Origin: an uncultured Bacteroidales bacterium
GTDB lineage: Bacteria > Bacteroidota > Bacteroidia > Bacteroidales > Muribaculaceae
Assembly: GCA_900544535.1 (NCBI GenBank)
Contig: UQVH01000001.1
Coordinates: forward strand, 682 to 64,681
Reading direction: 5' to 3'
Length of the DNA: 64,000 nucleotides
Position 1 is the first letter of the stretch, and each line of letters starts with the position of its first letter. Under the pieces are notes generated by a model. That model ran no database searches. It was not told the DNA's origin and worked only from the letters and a program-made list of their open reading frames with translations. The position numbers were made by a program, and so were the translations under genes. Of the stretch, positions 20,655-30,246 are shown one piece after another.

Positions 20655-20976
20655 GTGCTGACGCGAACGGAATCACCCGCGTCAGCGGTTAAAAAGAACG
20701 TGCTGACGCACACGGGCCACGCTGCCCACGTCAGCGGTCGAAAAGAATGTGCTGATGCACACAGGGCCCGCTCGGCCGCGTCAGCGGTCGGAAGAATCCA
20801 GGCCACTGCAAGGGCGCCGTAGGTGTCCGCAGCTGTGGTAAAACAGGACATTACAATCAAAATGAAGCTCCGTAGGAGTGAAACAAGCTGATAAAGTTTC
20901 ACTCCTACGGAGCTTTGTTTTCAAAAACGGATAAATAACCACAGCTGCGGACCGCGATGCGGCCCTTGCAGTGGCC
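20655..20976. repeat. Structured intergenic repeat element, copy 1: three ~48-bp hairpin units plus a large nested hairpin
   Basis: Units are gtgctgacgc...gcgtcagcgg. Then GGCCACTGCAAGGGCGCCGTAGGTGTCCGCAGCTGTGGT ... inner stem agctccgtaggagtgaaac/gtttcactcctacggagct ... ACCACAGCTGCGGACCGCGATGCGGCCCTTGCAGTGGCC. The same element recurs at 61378-61645. Confidence 0.7.
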
Positions 20977-21038
20977 TGAAATCGCCGCACCGCTAACGCG
21001 GCGCCGACGCAACAGGAGGATGTGACGGGTGCCCCGAA

Positions 21039-21992
21039 TCAATAGATCTCTTTTGCGACGCGGCGGACGGATTCGGAGGCCATGAGGGTGTAGAAGTGGA
21101 TACTGGGCACTCCGCGGGCTATCAGTTCGCGACACTGGCCTATGCACCATTCCACGCCCACCTCGCGCACAGCCGCATCATCCTTGCACTTGCGCAGCTC
21201 CGAGGCAAACGGTTCGGGAATGTCTGACCGGAACACGCGCGGAAGCACGTTGAGCTGGTTGGCGAAGACCACGGGCTTGATTCCGGGAATGATCGGCACG
21301 GTGATTCCGGCCTGACGGCAGCGGTCGACGAAGTCGAAATACTTGCTGTTGTCGAAAAACATCTGCGTCACCAAGTAACCGGCCCCGTTGTCGACCTTCT
21401 GCTTGGCATAATAGAGGTCAGAGTCCATGTTGGGGGCCTCCTCGTGCTTTTCGGGATAGCAGGCCATGCCGTAGCTGAAAGGGGTCTCGTTTGGCTCGAA
21501 ACGCTCGCCGTCGGCATAGATGCCGAGGTTGAAGTCATTGACCTGAGCCTGGAGATCGGTGGCATGGAGATTGATTTTCGACGGATCGTCGGACTTCTCA
21601 GGCCCCTTGATGTCGCCGCGGAGCAGCAGCAGGTCGTGGACGCCGAGGAAATTGAGGTCGATCAGGGCATATTCGGTCTCGTCGCGGGTGAAACCCTTAC
21701 AGATGATATGCGGAACGGCGGTTATGCCGTATTTGTTCTGTATGGCCGAGGCTATCGCCACCGAACCGGGGCGCTTGCGCATCTTCTGCGGGCGGAAACT
21801 GCCGTCGGGCATCTCCTTGAAAATCATCTCGCTGTGGTGGGAGGTGATGTTGATATACTTCGGATCAAAATCGCGGAGTTTGTCGATGATGTTGTAGACT
21901 TTCTCGATGCTGTTGCCCTTGAGAGGAGGCAGAATCTCGAAAGAGAAAGCCGTGTGGCCGGGATTGGCCTTAAGATGATCAATTACTCTCAT
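21039..21992 (-). CDS. metF: 5,10-methylenetetrahydrofolate reductase
   Basis: Family-typical N-terminus FSFEILPPLKG and TIM-barrel motifs. Confidence 0.9.
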   Translation of the reverse strand: MRVIDHLKANPGHTAFSFEILPPLKGNSIEKVYNIIDKLRDFDPKYINITSHHSEMIFKEMPDGSFRPQKMRKRPGSVAIASAIQNKYGITAVPHIICKGFTRDETEYALIDLNFLGVHDLLLLRGDIKGPEKSDDPSKINLHATDLQAQVNDFNLGIYADGERFEPNETPFSYGMACYPEKHEEAPNMDSDLYYAKQKVDNGAGYLVTQMFFDNSKYFDFVDRCRQAGITVPIIPGIKPVVFANQLNVLPRVFRSDIPEPFASELRKCKDDAAVREVGVEWCIGQCRELIARGVPSIHFYTLMASESVRRVAKEIY

Positions 21993-22058
21993 ACGTGTGT
22001 ACTATTTCTATTCTATATCCTATCTTTATTCTATCTCTGTTCTGCAATTTCAATCATC

Positions 22059-23333
22059 TCAGCGACGTGTCCATCTGCCGAGCCCGAATAGGCGCCGTCG
22101 GAAAAGTGCCTTGTTGGATGACGCCTCCCTGCATCCGCGGACTATCGCCTTGTCAAAATATCCGATGGCCAGGTCGATGTTCTCGCCGGTGCCGCGGCCA
22201 AATCCGTAGGCCACGCCGAGAGCGTTGAGCACAAGGCCGCACAGAGGGTCCTGAAGCTCGTCGGCATGGGGTCCGGCTTCGGAGAGGTAACGGAAGGCCT
22301 GCGAGTCGTCCCGCGACGTTCCCAGACCGTTCTGAAAGAGGATTCCCAACACTGCGGCCGTCTGCCGGGAAATTTCCTCCGTGCATTCCTCATTGCTGCG
22401 GGCCATAGTCACCCAGCGGTAGGCCTGAGCATAGTCGCACGAGAGATTGCCGCGTCCCTCGAAATAGAAATTTCCCACCTGGAACTGGGCTTTCGGATGG
22501 CCTTCGCGGGCGGCGAGCAGATAGCACTCGAAGGCCTTGTCGAGATCCTCGTCGACACCGTAGCCGCGACCGTAGCAGCAACCGACCTCGTAGGCCGACC
22601 GCTGGTCGCCGAGTTCTACGGCCCGGCGATAGTATTCGAACGCATGAACGTCGTCGTACTCCTCTTCAAGCCACCGGCCGTAGTCGTTGCAGAGCAGCGG
22701 ATCGCCGCTGTCGGCAAGCATCTCCATGTGTTCCTCAAACACGCTGCTGTCCATGTCGGTCAGACCGGACTGATAGATAGTGCGGTAGTTGGCAAAACCG
22801 TAGCTCAGACCGGCTTCGAACGACTGCTGGTAATAGTCGGCCGCTATGGGATAGGCATAGCGCTTGTAGTCGGTCTCGGTGGCGAATTCACCGGCCTTTT
22901 CGGGATCTACACGGCGGTAATCACCCCAGAACATGACGTTGCCGATCATGTAGAGGCAGAAGGCATCACCGTCTTCAGCCTGACCCAGAACCTCGTCATA
23001 GGCCTCCCGAAGCGACCCGAATGGCATCACCTCGCAGACATCAGTCGAAAGCAAGCCGCTGCACAGAGCGCAGAGCACTGCCGAAGCACTGCCGAGCTTC
23101 ACGGCCTTTTCAAGCAGCCTGGCAGCCAAAGCCTCGTCAACCGGGAATCCCGCTCCGCTCCAGACATATCTTTTGCCCAGATGACAGCGGGCAAAATAGC
23201 AGATGGCGTCAGCGTCTCCGGCCTCGGAGGCCCTGCGCAGTATCTCATAGCCCTCGCGCATCTGGCGGGGACTATGGCTCAGCCATATTTTCTGGATAGC
23301 TCTCGCTACTTCGGTTGAGTATCGTCCGTTCAT
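22059..23333 (-). CDS. Sel1-like repeat (TPR-like) protein
   Basis: Multiple Sel1 repeats (A..YG.G.GV..D...A...Y..AA..G...AQ). Confidence 0.65.
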   Translation of the reverse strand: MNGRYSTEVARAIQKIWLSHSPRQMREGYEILRRASEAGDADAICYFARCHLGKRYVWSGAGFPVDEALAARLLEKAVKLGSASAVLCALCSGLLSTDVCEVMPFGSLREAYDEVLGQAEDGDAFCLYMIGNVMFWGDYRRVDPEKAGEFATETDYKRYAYPIAADYYQQSFEAGLSYGFANYRTIYQSGLTDMDSSVFEEHMEMLADSGDPLLCNDYGRWLEEEYDDVHAFEYYRRAVELGDQRSAYEVGCCYGRGYGVDEDLDKAFECYLLAAREGHPKAQFQVGNFYFEGRGNLSCDYAQAYRWVTMARSNEECTEEISRQTAAVLGILFQNGLGTSRDDSQAFRYLSEAGPHADELQDPLCGLVLNALGVAYGFGRGTGENIDLAIGYFDKAIVRGCREASSNKALFRRRLFGLGRWTRR

Positions 23334-23526
23334 ACGTGTGTGAGTTCAGCAGTTATTTATTGCACCGGGTAAATGTGTCGTTCAATTCTGACAAAATTAC
23401 TAAAATCCCCACGTCTGACGAACTCCTGAGCCATAATCCTGCACGTTTGTAACCGAATTTTCACAGCTGTAACCGCATTGCAACATCGCCCCGCCTCCAG
23501 CAGTTGGAGACGGGGCGACCGTTCAG

Positions 23527-24051
23527 TTAGAGCGGGCTTATCTCAGCTAAACCGAAACATGGCAAGAGCAGATAGACAGCGCCGATTATACAGATCCCGA
23601 CAATCCCGTCAACAACGGATGCCACTCGACTGTTTTTGATCCATTGCTTACTCTTCCAGTGGGTCCAATATAGAAGCGGAACATCAATACATGCCCAGAT
23701 GACAGCCGTAAAAGATCCGCTGTCAAATATCTTATCCAGCCCGATGAAAGCAGCTGAAAGTATTATAATACCGATTTCGCAAATCATAATCTTAAGACAT
23801 ATGGCGTTCCGCAACTTATCGAATCTCGATTTTTCTGCCATAGTCTCAGGGCTACTCGTCCGCTCGACGAGATAAGCGGTCAAGACTGGCCGTCCAAAAA
23901 TGATTGTTATGATCAGCACACTAACGATAATGACACACAGTTTCAAAATATTTTCTACGACATCTGTTTCTGTATTAGGTTCATATTCTGAACAGGAAGA
24001 GAACAGGAGTCCAGTCAAGACTCCCAAAAGGACAAGTTTTTTCATTTGCAT
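23527..24051 (-). CDS. Hypothetical membrane lipoprotein; paralogous C-terminus with the 24471..24887 product
   Basis: Lipobox LLFSSC, 4 predicted TM helices, AT-rich codon usage. A TAATTTTG-type -7 box (minus) at ~24083-24093. Confidence 0.4.
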   Translation of the reverse strand: MQMKKLVLLGVLTGLLFSSCSEYEPNTETDVVENILKLCVIIVSVLIITIIFGRPVLTAYLVERTSSPETMAEKSRFDKLRNAICLKIMICEIGIIILSAAFIGLDKIFDSGSFTAVIWACIDVPLLYWTHWKSKQWIKNSRVASVVDGIVGICIIGAVYLLLPCFGLAEISPL

Positions 24052-24254
24052 AATGTTTTAATGAATTATTAAATTATTCAATGCAAAATTAGGTCTTCAC
24101 AGACATAAAACTGTTGTCTTTTCAATATTTCATTTGGTTTATAAAAGTCATAAAGCGCTATCTATCAAGCATGATTGTGTTAATTCATCGCCAATTGTTG
24201 TTTTTTATGCCATCCACCTGTATCACCGTCTTTAAATAAGACAGAAGAGCATCT

Positions 24255-24455
24255 TCACGCAAGTGTGCCTTCAAAAATCCAGTCCATTACAAGCACAAAT
24301 CCAAAACAGAAGACAACCCAGATCAAAAGGGTGAGCAAATAATATAGATATGGGCTTTTACAACGACTCTTAATTATCGGCTCTATATACCAAATTATAA
24401 ATAACGACGGTATCAGACTTATAATTATACCGACACATTCTTGATCATTAGACAT
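24255..24455 (-). CDS. Small 2-TM membrane protein (66 aa); paralog of 25031..25228
   Basis: Shared IIWYIEPIIKSRCK / ITHYIEPKIKSRYK and WIF(D/E) motifs. Confidence 0.35.
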   Translation of the reverse strand: MSNDQECVGIIISLIPSLFIIWYIEPIIKSRCKSPYLYYLLTLLIWVVFCFGFVLVMDWIFEGTLA

Positions 24456-24470
24456 CGGACTCCACTATTT

Positions 24471-24887
24471 TTATAATTCTGCGAAACCCAGGGAGGTAAG
24501 CAGGAAATAGATCAGCACTATCAGAGCCAATCCGCCAATATGACTGACGGCTTCCCTTGACAATTTCTTCCGGATCAGGCGCTTCATCCAGTGGTCAAAG
24601 GCTATTCCGAGGGGAGTGGAAAGACTCGCGCAGACAACGATTGTAAAGTATTTGTTGTGGAAAATCCGGTCTGTGCCTACAAGGAAGCCCGTACCGAGAA
24701 TAACGGCTGCGTCCACAACAACACAGAGCAGGATGGTCATCCACAACAGTTTGCGGACATTGATCGTCTCACCATGTTCAGCAATTACCCTCTCCGCTCT
24801 CAGCAGTCCGGTCCTTAAAATCGGTCCGCAGACCAAAAGCATCAGGCAGACGCACAGCGCAGTTATTAAAAACAGATTATAAGCCAT
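24471..24887 (-). CDS. Hypothetical polytopic membrane protein (138 aa)
   Basis: C-terminal half is homologous to the 174-aa lipoprotein (DRIF..YFT.V.CAS...PL...DHW...LIRKKL.....S.IGG.ALI....LL...GFAEL). A -7 box (minus) at ~24918-24930. Confidence 0.4.
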   Translation of the reverse strand: MAYNLFLITALCVCLMLLVCGPILRTGLLRAERVIAEHGETINVRKLLWMTILLCVVVDAAVILGTGFLVGTDRIFHNKYFTIVVCASLSTPLGIAFDHWMKRLIRKKLSREAVSHIGGLALIVLIYFLLTSLGFAEL

Positions 24888-25030
24888 AACTTTTGAATGA
24901 AATAATTTAGTTTCTCATTGCAAAATTACCTAATTATCCTACCCGACCCCCTTGTTTTTTCAATATTTATCTTGGTTTTCACGCGCTTTAAACGGCTGAT
25001 TTTCAAGCGTAACAATGTTAAATAAATTCA

Positions 25031-25228
25031 TCATTCTGTCTTCCAGTCAAAGATCCACAACAGCAGAAGAAAAACGACCGCAAAATTGACGGCCTCAACC
25101 AAAAAGATGGCGGCATAGCGATGGAGCCGCTTTTTATATCGCGATTTGATTTTAGGCTCGATGTAGTGTGTAATAAATTCAGCCGGCACCATGCTGAGAG
25201 CGGCGTTTATCCAGATAAAATCACTCAT
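25031..25228 (-). CDS. Small 2-TM membrane protein (65 aa); paralog of 24255..24455
   Basis: See the paralog. Confidence 0.35.
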   Translation of the reverse strand: MSDFIWINAALSMVPAEFITHYIEPKIKSRYKKRLHRYAAIFLVEAVNFAVVFLLLLWIFDWKTE

Positions 25229-25276
25229 AACGACAGGTTGATATAATTGTTCGGTTAATAATTTGACTGAATAAAA

Positions 25277-26044
25277 TTACAGATATTCCAGATAGGCGCT
25301 GATGGCCGAGGGATCAGGCAACTGGCGGATCTTGGTTTTGAGGCGGCGCTTGCGGTTGTAGACCGACTCGATTTTTTCGGCTTTCAGAAATACGGCGATA
25401 GCCGTGCTTGAAAATCCGAGGATCGAGTAGAGAAAGAGCTTGTAATCGTCGGCTTTCAGATCGGGAAGATCGCGGCGGAAACGCTCCATGACGCCGGACT
25501 GATAGCGGTTGACGGTTTCTTCAAGTTCAGCAATCCGGTCGGCAGACGAAAGGCGCTCGACAAGTTCGACGGCCTCGTTCGAGAGATTTTTGCGGGTCTG
25601 AGGAGAGGATTTTTCGTAATACTCGCGGCATTTTTCGTCCATTACGCGATATTCCTTGGTCAGCAGCTCGCGCAACAGGCTGTTGACCGCCGCGCTGTCG
25701 CGCTGACGGAGTTCGGTGATCTCACGTATGTTCTGACCGATCTGAAAATAATATTCGTCACGACGCAATTTGCGCCTGTACAAGATGATCCCAAAGGCCA
25801 CGGCACCGGAAAGGTAAATGACTTCAAGGGCTATCGTGAGACGGCGGATCATCCGCGAATGAGCGGCGCGTGTCTCGGTCAGCTCCCGCCGCAGACTTTC
25901 GATATCCATCGACTGTTGCTCCGGAGTGAGGGCGCCGGAATTTTCATCAGGCGCGCAAGAGACCATCCCGACCAACAGAAGCAGACAGATCAAGAACAGA
26001 CGGAAACGTTTCAATAGTGATATTTCGGCAGACGTCAAGCACAT
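25277..26044 (-). CDS. Hypothetical membrane-anchored coiled-coil protein with a possible C-terminal HTH; start revised to MCLTSAEIS...
   Basis: The six-frame ORF extends to 26362 as a Pro/Arg-rich stretch overlapping the GT2 gene. An internal ATG at 26044 gives an N-terminal hydrophobic signal/anchor (LFLICLLLLVGMVSC). The TAATTTTG -7 box (minus) at 26052-26059 is only ~8 nt upstream. Confidence 0.4.
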   Translation of the reverse strand: MCLTSAEISLLKRFRLFLICLLLLVGMVSCAPDENSGALTPEQQSMDIESLRRELTETRAAHSRMIRRLTIALEVIYLSGAVAFGIILYRRKLRRDEYYFQIGQNIREITELRQRDSAAVNSLLRELLTKEYRVMDEKCREYYEKSSPQTRKNLSNEAVELVERLSSADRIAELEETVNRYQSGVMERFRRDLPDLKADDYKLFLYSILGFSSTAIAVFLKAEKIESVYNRKRRLKTKIRQLPDPSAISAYLEYL

Positions 26045-26118
26045 ATCGGTTGCAAAATTACGAATAGATTTCCAAATACAGAAATCTTTCTGTGTAGAAC
26101 CCCGTAGGGATTCGGGAG

Positions 26119-27060
26119 TCAGATCAGACGGCGGACTAAGGGGAAGAGGTGCAGGCGCAGGAGGGTTTTCACGAGGGCTTCGCCGGGACCGGTGCTGCGG
26201 TGGGCGGAGAAAGAGGCGCGGACGAGGGGATGGCGGAGGGTCTGACGGGCCGAACAGTCGTCGGAAAAGCGCAGGAAGCGCAGGATCAGCGCCATGTATT
26301 GCGGATAGATCAGGCGGTCGACATCGCGGCTCAGCGAGAGGTCGAAACGGTCGCGCAGCCAACGGTGAAGTTCTTCGTAGTTGCCGACTGCTTCCATATC
26401 GGCCCGCGAGGTTTCGGAACCGAGGCGGTGGACGTAGTGATAGGTGGCTTTGTCAGCCATGCTGACCGAGCGGCACAGTTCGAGGTAGCGGAAGTTGAAG
26501 CTGACGTCTTCAAGCAGCCTGAGCGGCGGGAAACGCAGCCGGGCGGAGCGGATCAGCGGCAGAGAGTATAGCTTGCCGACGGGGGGATTGAAGGCCCCTC
26601 CGCTCAGCGAGGCGAGGAAGCCGGGATTGTCCCAGAACGAGGTGAAGCGCCGCGCGGTGAGCTTCTGGGACTCGGTGCGCCCGTCGGGCCAGTGATGACA
26701 GAGCGCCGTGACGGCAAGATCGCCTCCGGCTGCAAGGAGCGCGGACAGATAATCGGGATCTACATAGTCGTCGGAGTCCACGAAGCAGACGTGAGAGGCA
26801 TCCGCGGAGCAATTGTCGAGTCCGAAATTGCGCGCCGAGGCGGGACCGCCGTTCTCCTTTGAAAGAACCCGCACACGCGGGTCGGTGAATGAGTGGGCCA
26901 CTGAGAGGGTGGAGTCCGTCGAGCCGTCGTCGACAATCAGCAGTTCGAAGGCCTCGTAATCCTGCGCAAGTATGCTCTCCACGCAGGGGTGCAGAGTCGC
27001 GGCGCAGTTGTAGGCCGGGACGATTACCGATATGAGCGAACGGGCGGACATGGAACTCAC
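26119..27060 (-). CDS. Glycosyltransferase family 2
   Basis: ISVIVPAYNCAATL...LLIVDDGSTD...DSDD (GT2 DXD). Confidence 0.8.
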   Translation of the reverse strand: MSSMSARSLISVIVPAYNCAATLHPCVESILAQDYEAFELLIVDDGSTDSTLSVAHSFTDPRVRVLSKENGGPASARNFGLDNCSADASHVCFVDSDDYVDPDYLSALLAAGGDLAVTALCHHWPDGRTESQKLTARRFTSFWDNPGFLASLSGGAFNPPVGKLYSLPLIRSARLRFPPLRLLEDVSFNFRYLELCRSVSMADKATYHYVHRLGSETSRADMEAVGNYEELHRWLRDRFDLSLSRDVDRLIYPQYMALILRFLRFSDDCSARQTLRHPLVRASFSAHRSTGPGEALVKTLLRLHLFPLVRRLI

Positions 27061-27075
27061 AGCGTTAAGAGATGG

Positions 27076-28062
27076 TCAGAGATAAATCAGTTTGAAAAGA
27101 CGCTCATAGAGCGTCCACCAGTGCAGACAGCCGCAGAAATCGAAGAAAAACGGCAGATTGGGCCGGTACGTCGCCGGAGAAAGTCGGCGGCGGATGGTAT
27201 CGTAACAACTGTAACGGATCTTGCGGGTCAGAGTCGGCGAGGTGCTGCGGGCATCGCGCGACAGTGTGGCCAGGAGCCCGTCGAGATAGTGCGACTCGAC
27301 CTTCCGGCGGATTTCCGGCCTGTCGAAGTCCCCCGCCGAGACAACGTCTAAAAAACGGTTCAGCCCGGCGAGGCGCGAGGCGGCCGATGCGGAGAATGCC
27401 AGCGACGAATGGTCGGCGCTGCGGACGTAGAAATAGCCGGATTCCGGAGAGAGATGGCAGAGGCTCACAAGGCGGAAATAGGAGAAACAGAAGATGCCGT
27501 CCTCGCCGAAAGTGATGTCGCGGTCGAAACGCAGTCCGGCTGAGCCGAGGATGTCGCGCCGGAAAAGTTTACCCCAGACAAAGCCTAAGGAATAGGCGCT
27601 GAAAGCCGCAAGCATCTCTTCCGTCCGGCATATGCCTCCGCTGCCAGGAAGAGGCTTTCCCTCCAACACGTCGACAGGCTGCGGCTGCGAGCCGGGATTG
27701 ACCACCGAATAGCCTGAGATCGAAAATTCGGCGTCCTCGGCACCTGTCAGGAGATCGGCCAGATAGCCGGGAGCCACATAGTCGTCGGCATCGACGAACG
27801 TCAGCCATTTTCCCTGCGCCGCCTCTATCCCGCAGTTGCGGGCTGCGGAGACTCCGCCGTGGCCTGGAGTCAGAAGCCGCACACGCTGATCGCGGGCGGC
27901 ATAGTCGCCGACCACTTCCCGCGAGCCGTCCGAACTGCCGTCGTCAACGGCTATAAGTTCGAAATCGGCGAATGTCTGGGCAAGCAGACTGTCGATACAG
28001 CGCCGGAGAGTGGTTTCCGCATTATAGACGGGAATGATTATGGAGACAATAGGAAATGGCAT
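27076..28062 (-). CDS. Glycosyltransferase family 2
   Basis: VSIIIPVYNAETTL...LIAVDDGSSDGS...FVDADD. Confidence 0.8.
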   Translation of the reverse strand: MPFPIVSIIIPVYNAETTLRRCIDSLLAQTFADFELIAVDDGSSDGSREVVGDYAARDQRVRLLTPGHGGVSAARNCGIEAAQGKWLTFVDADDYVAPGYLADLLTGAEDAEFSISGYSVVNPGSQPQPVDVLEGKPLPGSGGICRTEEMLAAFSAYSLGFVWGKLFRRDILGSAGLRFDRDITFGEDGIFCFSYFRLVSLCHLSPESGYFYVRSADHSSLAFSASAASRLAGLNRFLDVVSAGDFDRPEIRRKVESHYLDGLLATLSRDARSTSPTLTRKIRYSCYDTIRRRLSPATYRPNLPFFFDFCGCLHWWTLYERLFKLIYL

Positions 28063-28116
28063 CAGAATAAGGTTTGTTTTGAGTTTTAAAGCACAGCCGG
28101 AGAGAGGGCATCTGCG

Positions 28117-28722
28117 TCACAATCGGTCGAGGTAGAGGACGGATTCGGGGCCGAGGTTGAAGATCAGGTCGATGACCGAAAGGTCCTGTATAAAGCCCAA
28201 TTTATCGGCGCGGACCTGCCAGTAGGGCGGAAGCTCGATGTCGGAAGGCGGACAAAAGCGGGAGGCTGAGACAGGCGCCGGCTGCGGAATTTCGAGCACC
28301 CGTCTGATCCATGAATCCCAGGCTCCGGCAAGGTCTTTGAGCAGCGGATAACGCCCGCAGACTCCGGGAGTGAGCATCGGCAGCAGACGGTCGATGTAAA
28401 ACTCGAAATATGGCGTGCGGCCATAGGCGCTTTCGAGGGCTACGCGGTGGACATCCCACCACTCTCCGTGTTCCGAAATCCGTATCTCGTCCCAGCGGCA
28501 GCGCGAAGTGTGCGGCTTGGCTATCGGCACCGTCAGCTCCAGACGTCCGCGGGTGTCGGCGATGGCGAAACGGTGGCTGTCCTTGAAGCGCTTGTCGAAA
28601 GGAGCGCTCCAGTCAAAGCGGGCCTTGCCGCCCGACTTGTGGATGCGGGCATAGACCCCTACCGGCGCGCAGAGCATCGGCGGGAGGAGCAGAACCGGGT
28701 CCGGAGTCAGGGCCTCACTCAT
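28117..28722 (-). CDS. WbqC-family protein (polysaccharide biosynthesis)
   Basis: Family-typical ~200-aa architecture in a GT cluster. 8-nt overlap with lepB. Confidence 0.6.
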   Translation of the reverse strand: MSEALTPDPVLLLPPMLCAPVGVYARIHKSGGKARFDWSAPFDKRFKDSHRFAIADTRGRLELTVPIAKPHTSRCRWDEIRISEHGEWWDVHRVALESAYGRTPYFEFYIDRLLPMLTPGVCGRYPLLKDLAGAWDSWIRRVLEIPQPAPVSASRFCPPSDIELPPYWQVRADKLGFIQDLSVIDLIFNLGPESVLYLDRL

Positions 28723-30193
28723 ACTTCGGCTTGTCGGGATTGGCGTTCATGAGGATGCGGTTCCAGCGAATGCCGCCGTTGAAGAGCGAGCGGTCTTTGT
28801 CGAAGGATATGAGCACCCGTTCGGGACGTCCGACGATATGATCCTCAGGCACGAGTCCCCAGAAGCGCGAGTCGAGCGAATTGTCGCGGTTGTCGCCCAT
28901 CATGAAGTAATAGTCCATCTTGAAGGTGTAGCTGTCCTGCGGCTGCCCGTTGATATAGAGCTTGCCGTCGCGGAATTCAGCGTCGGAATTGCCTTCGTAG
29001 ACTCGGATCACGCGGCCATAGATATCCCAGGCACGCGGCCCCATCTTGAGTGTGGCTCCCTTGCGCGGAATCCAGATCTCGCCGTAGTCCGATGGGGTCC
29101 ACCCGGCGCTGACAGCTTCGGGGAAGAGCGGTTCGGGAGTGAATGAGGGAACCTTCATCACTTTGGCCACCGCCGGATCGGCTTCAAGGTTTTTGACCAT
29201 CGCGGGGGTGAGCGGGGAGATATAGACCGGGGGCACGGTGCCGTCGGGGTTGACTGTGAAACCGAGGATACGGAGTCCAGAGACGTCGTCGGGGGTGACG
29301 GTGACCGTGTGGCGGTCATCAGCGGCTATGCCAAGCTCATCCCAGCGCGCGTCGGTCATAGCGCCCTCCTTGAGCTGGAAATAATAGTTGAACTGTACAT
29401 TCTCAGGCTGCGGGATCGGCTCTCCGTTGATGTAGATGACACCGTCGACAATCTTGAGCCACTCGCCGGGGAGGCCGACAGCGCGCTTGACATAGTTCTC
29501 GCGGCGGTCGACAGGGCGATAGACAACCTCGCCGAAAGTCTGCGGGTTGTTGAGTATGTTCTCGCGGCCATAGGCGCGCACCAAGGAATAGTAGTCGGGA
29601 TTTGTCACTTTGGTAGCCACGGTGTCACCCGCGGGGAAGTTGAACACCACGATGTCGCCGCGCTCGACCGAACCCAGCCCCTTGAGGCGGTGATAGTTCC
29701 ACTGCGGGTTTTCGAGATATGACTTGGTGTTGATGACCGGGAAGGTGTTCTGCACCAGGGGGAAATGGACCGGAGTCATCGGCACTCGCGGTCCGTAGGC
29801 CATCTTGTTGACCCACAGATAGTCGCCGACTAACAGCGATTTCTCTAAGGAAGAGGAGGGAATCTGATAGTTCTGCCCGATGAAAGTGAAGACAAAGTAG
29901 ACAAGAATCAGCGCGTAGACAATGGCGTCGACCCAGCTCATGACCGTGCGGACCGCGGCATTCTTCGAGCGTTTCCACCAGGTCAGCGGAATGTAGCCGG
30001 TGATGTAGATGTCGAAAAGCAGGAACCAGAAGAGCGCCACCCACCAGCTTCCGAGCCATGCGACCCAGAGGAAGAAGATGAGCGAGACGATCGCAAAGCG
30101 CACCCAGCGCGAGGTGCGGTTTTCGGCTACGCGGCGGCGGAAATCTTCGGCGAAACTTCCGGCCTGAGCGGCCTTGTCGGTATTTGTTGTCAT
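28715..30193 (-). CDS. lepB: Signal peptidase I
   Basis: N-terminal TM segments and the GDNRDNSLDSRFWGLVP box E motif. Confidence 0.85.
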   Translation of the reverse strand: MTTNTDKAAQAGSFAEDFRRRVAENRTSRWVRFAIVSLIFFLWVAWLGSWWVALFWFLLFDIYITGYIPLTWWKRSKNAAVRTVMSWVDAIVYALILVYFVFTFIGQNYQIPSSSLEKSLLVGDYLWVNKMAYGPRVPMTPVHFPLVQNTFPVINTKSYLENPQWNYHRLKGLGSVERGDIVVFNFPAGDTVATKVTNPDYYSLVRAYGRENILNNPQTFGEVVYRPVDRRENYVKRAVGLPGEWLKIVDGVIYINGEPIPQPENVQFNYYFQLKEGAMTDARWDELGIAADDRHTVTVTPDDVSGLRILGFTVNPDGTVPPVYISPLTPAMVKNLEADPAVAKVMKVPSFTPEPLFPEAVSAGWTPSDYGEIWIPRKGATLKMGPRAWDIYGRVIRVYEGNSDAEFRDGKLYINGQPQDSYTFKMDYYFMMGDNRDNSLDSRFWGLVPEDHIVGRPERVLISFDKDRSLFNGGIRWNRILMNANPDKPKYE

Positions 30194-30246
30194 AAGTGTC
30201 GTTTAACGGGGTGATAAGAGAGGAGGAAATACTAAGACGGTTCGTT

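Noticed and set aside
20655-20805. Possible CRISPR array (short tandem repeats after recA)
   Set aside because: Only ~3 irregular units of ~45-54 bp with internal palindromes and no unique spacers of regular length. No cas genes. It is better explained as a REP/MITE-like hairpin array.
26044-26362. N-terminal 106-codon Pro/Arg-rich extension of ORF 25277..26362
   Set aside because: It overlaps the 3' end of the GT2 gene on the same strand region and is low-complexity. An internal ATG with a signal/anchor peptide and an adjacent promoter box is the better start.
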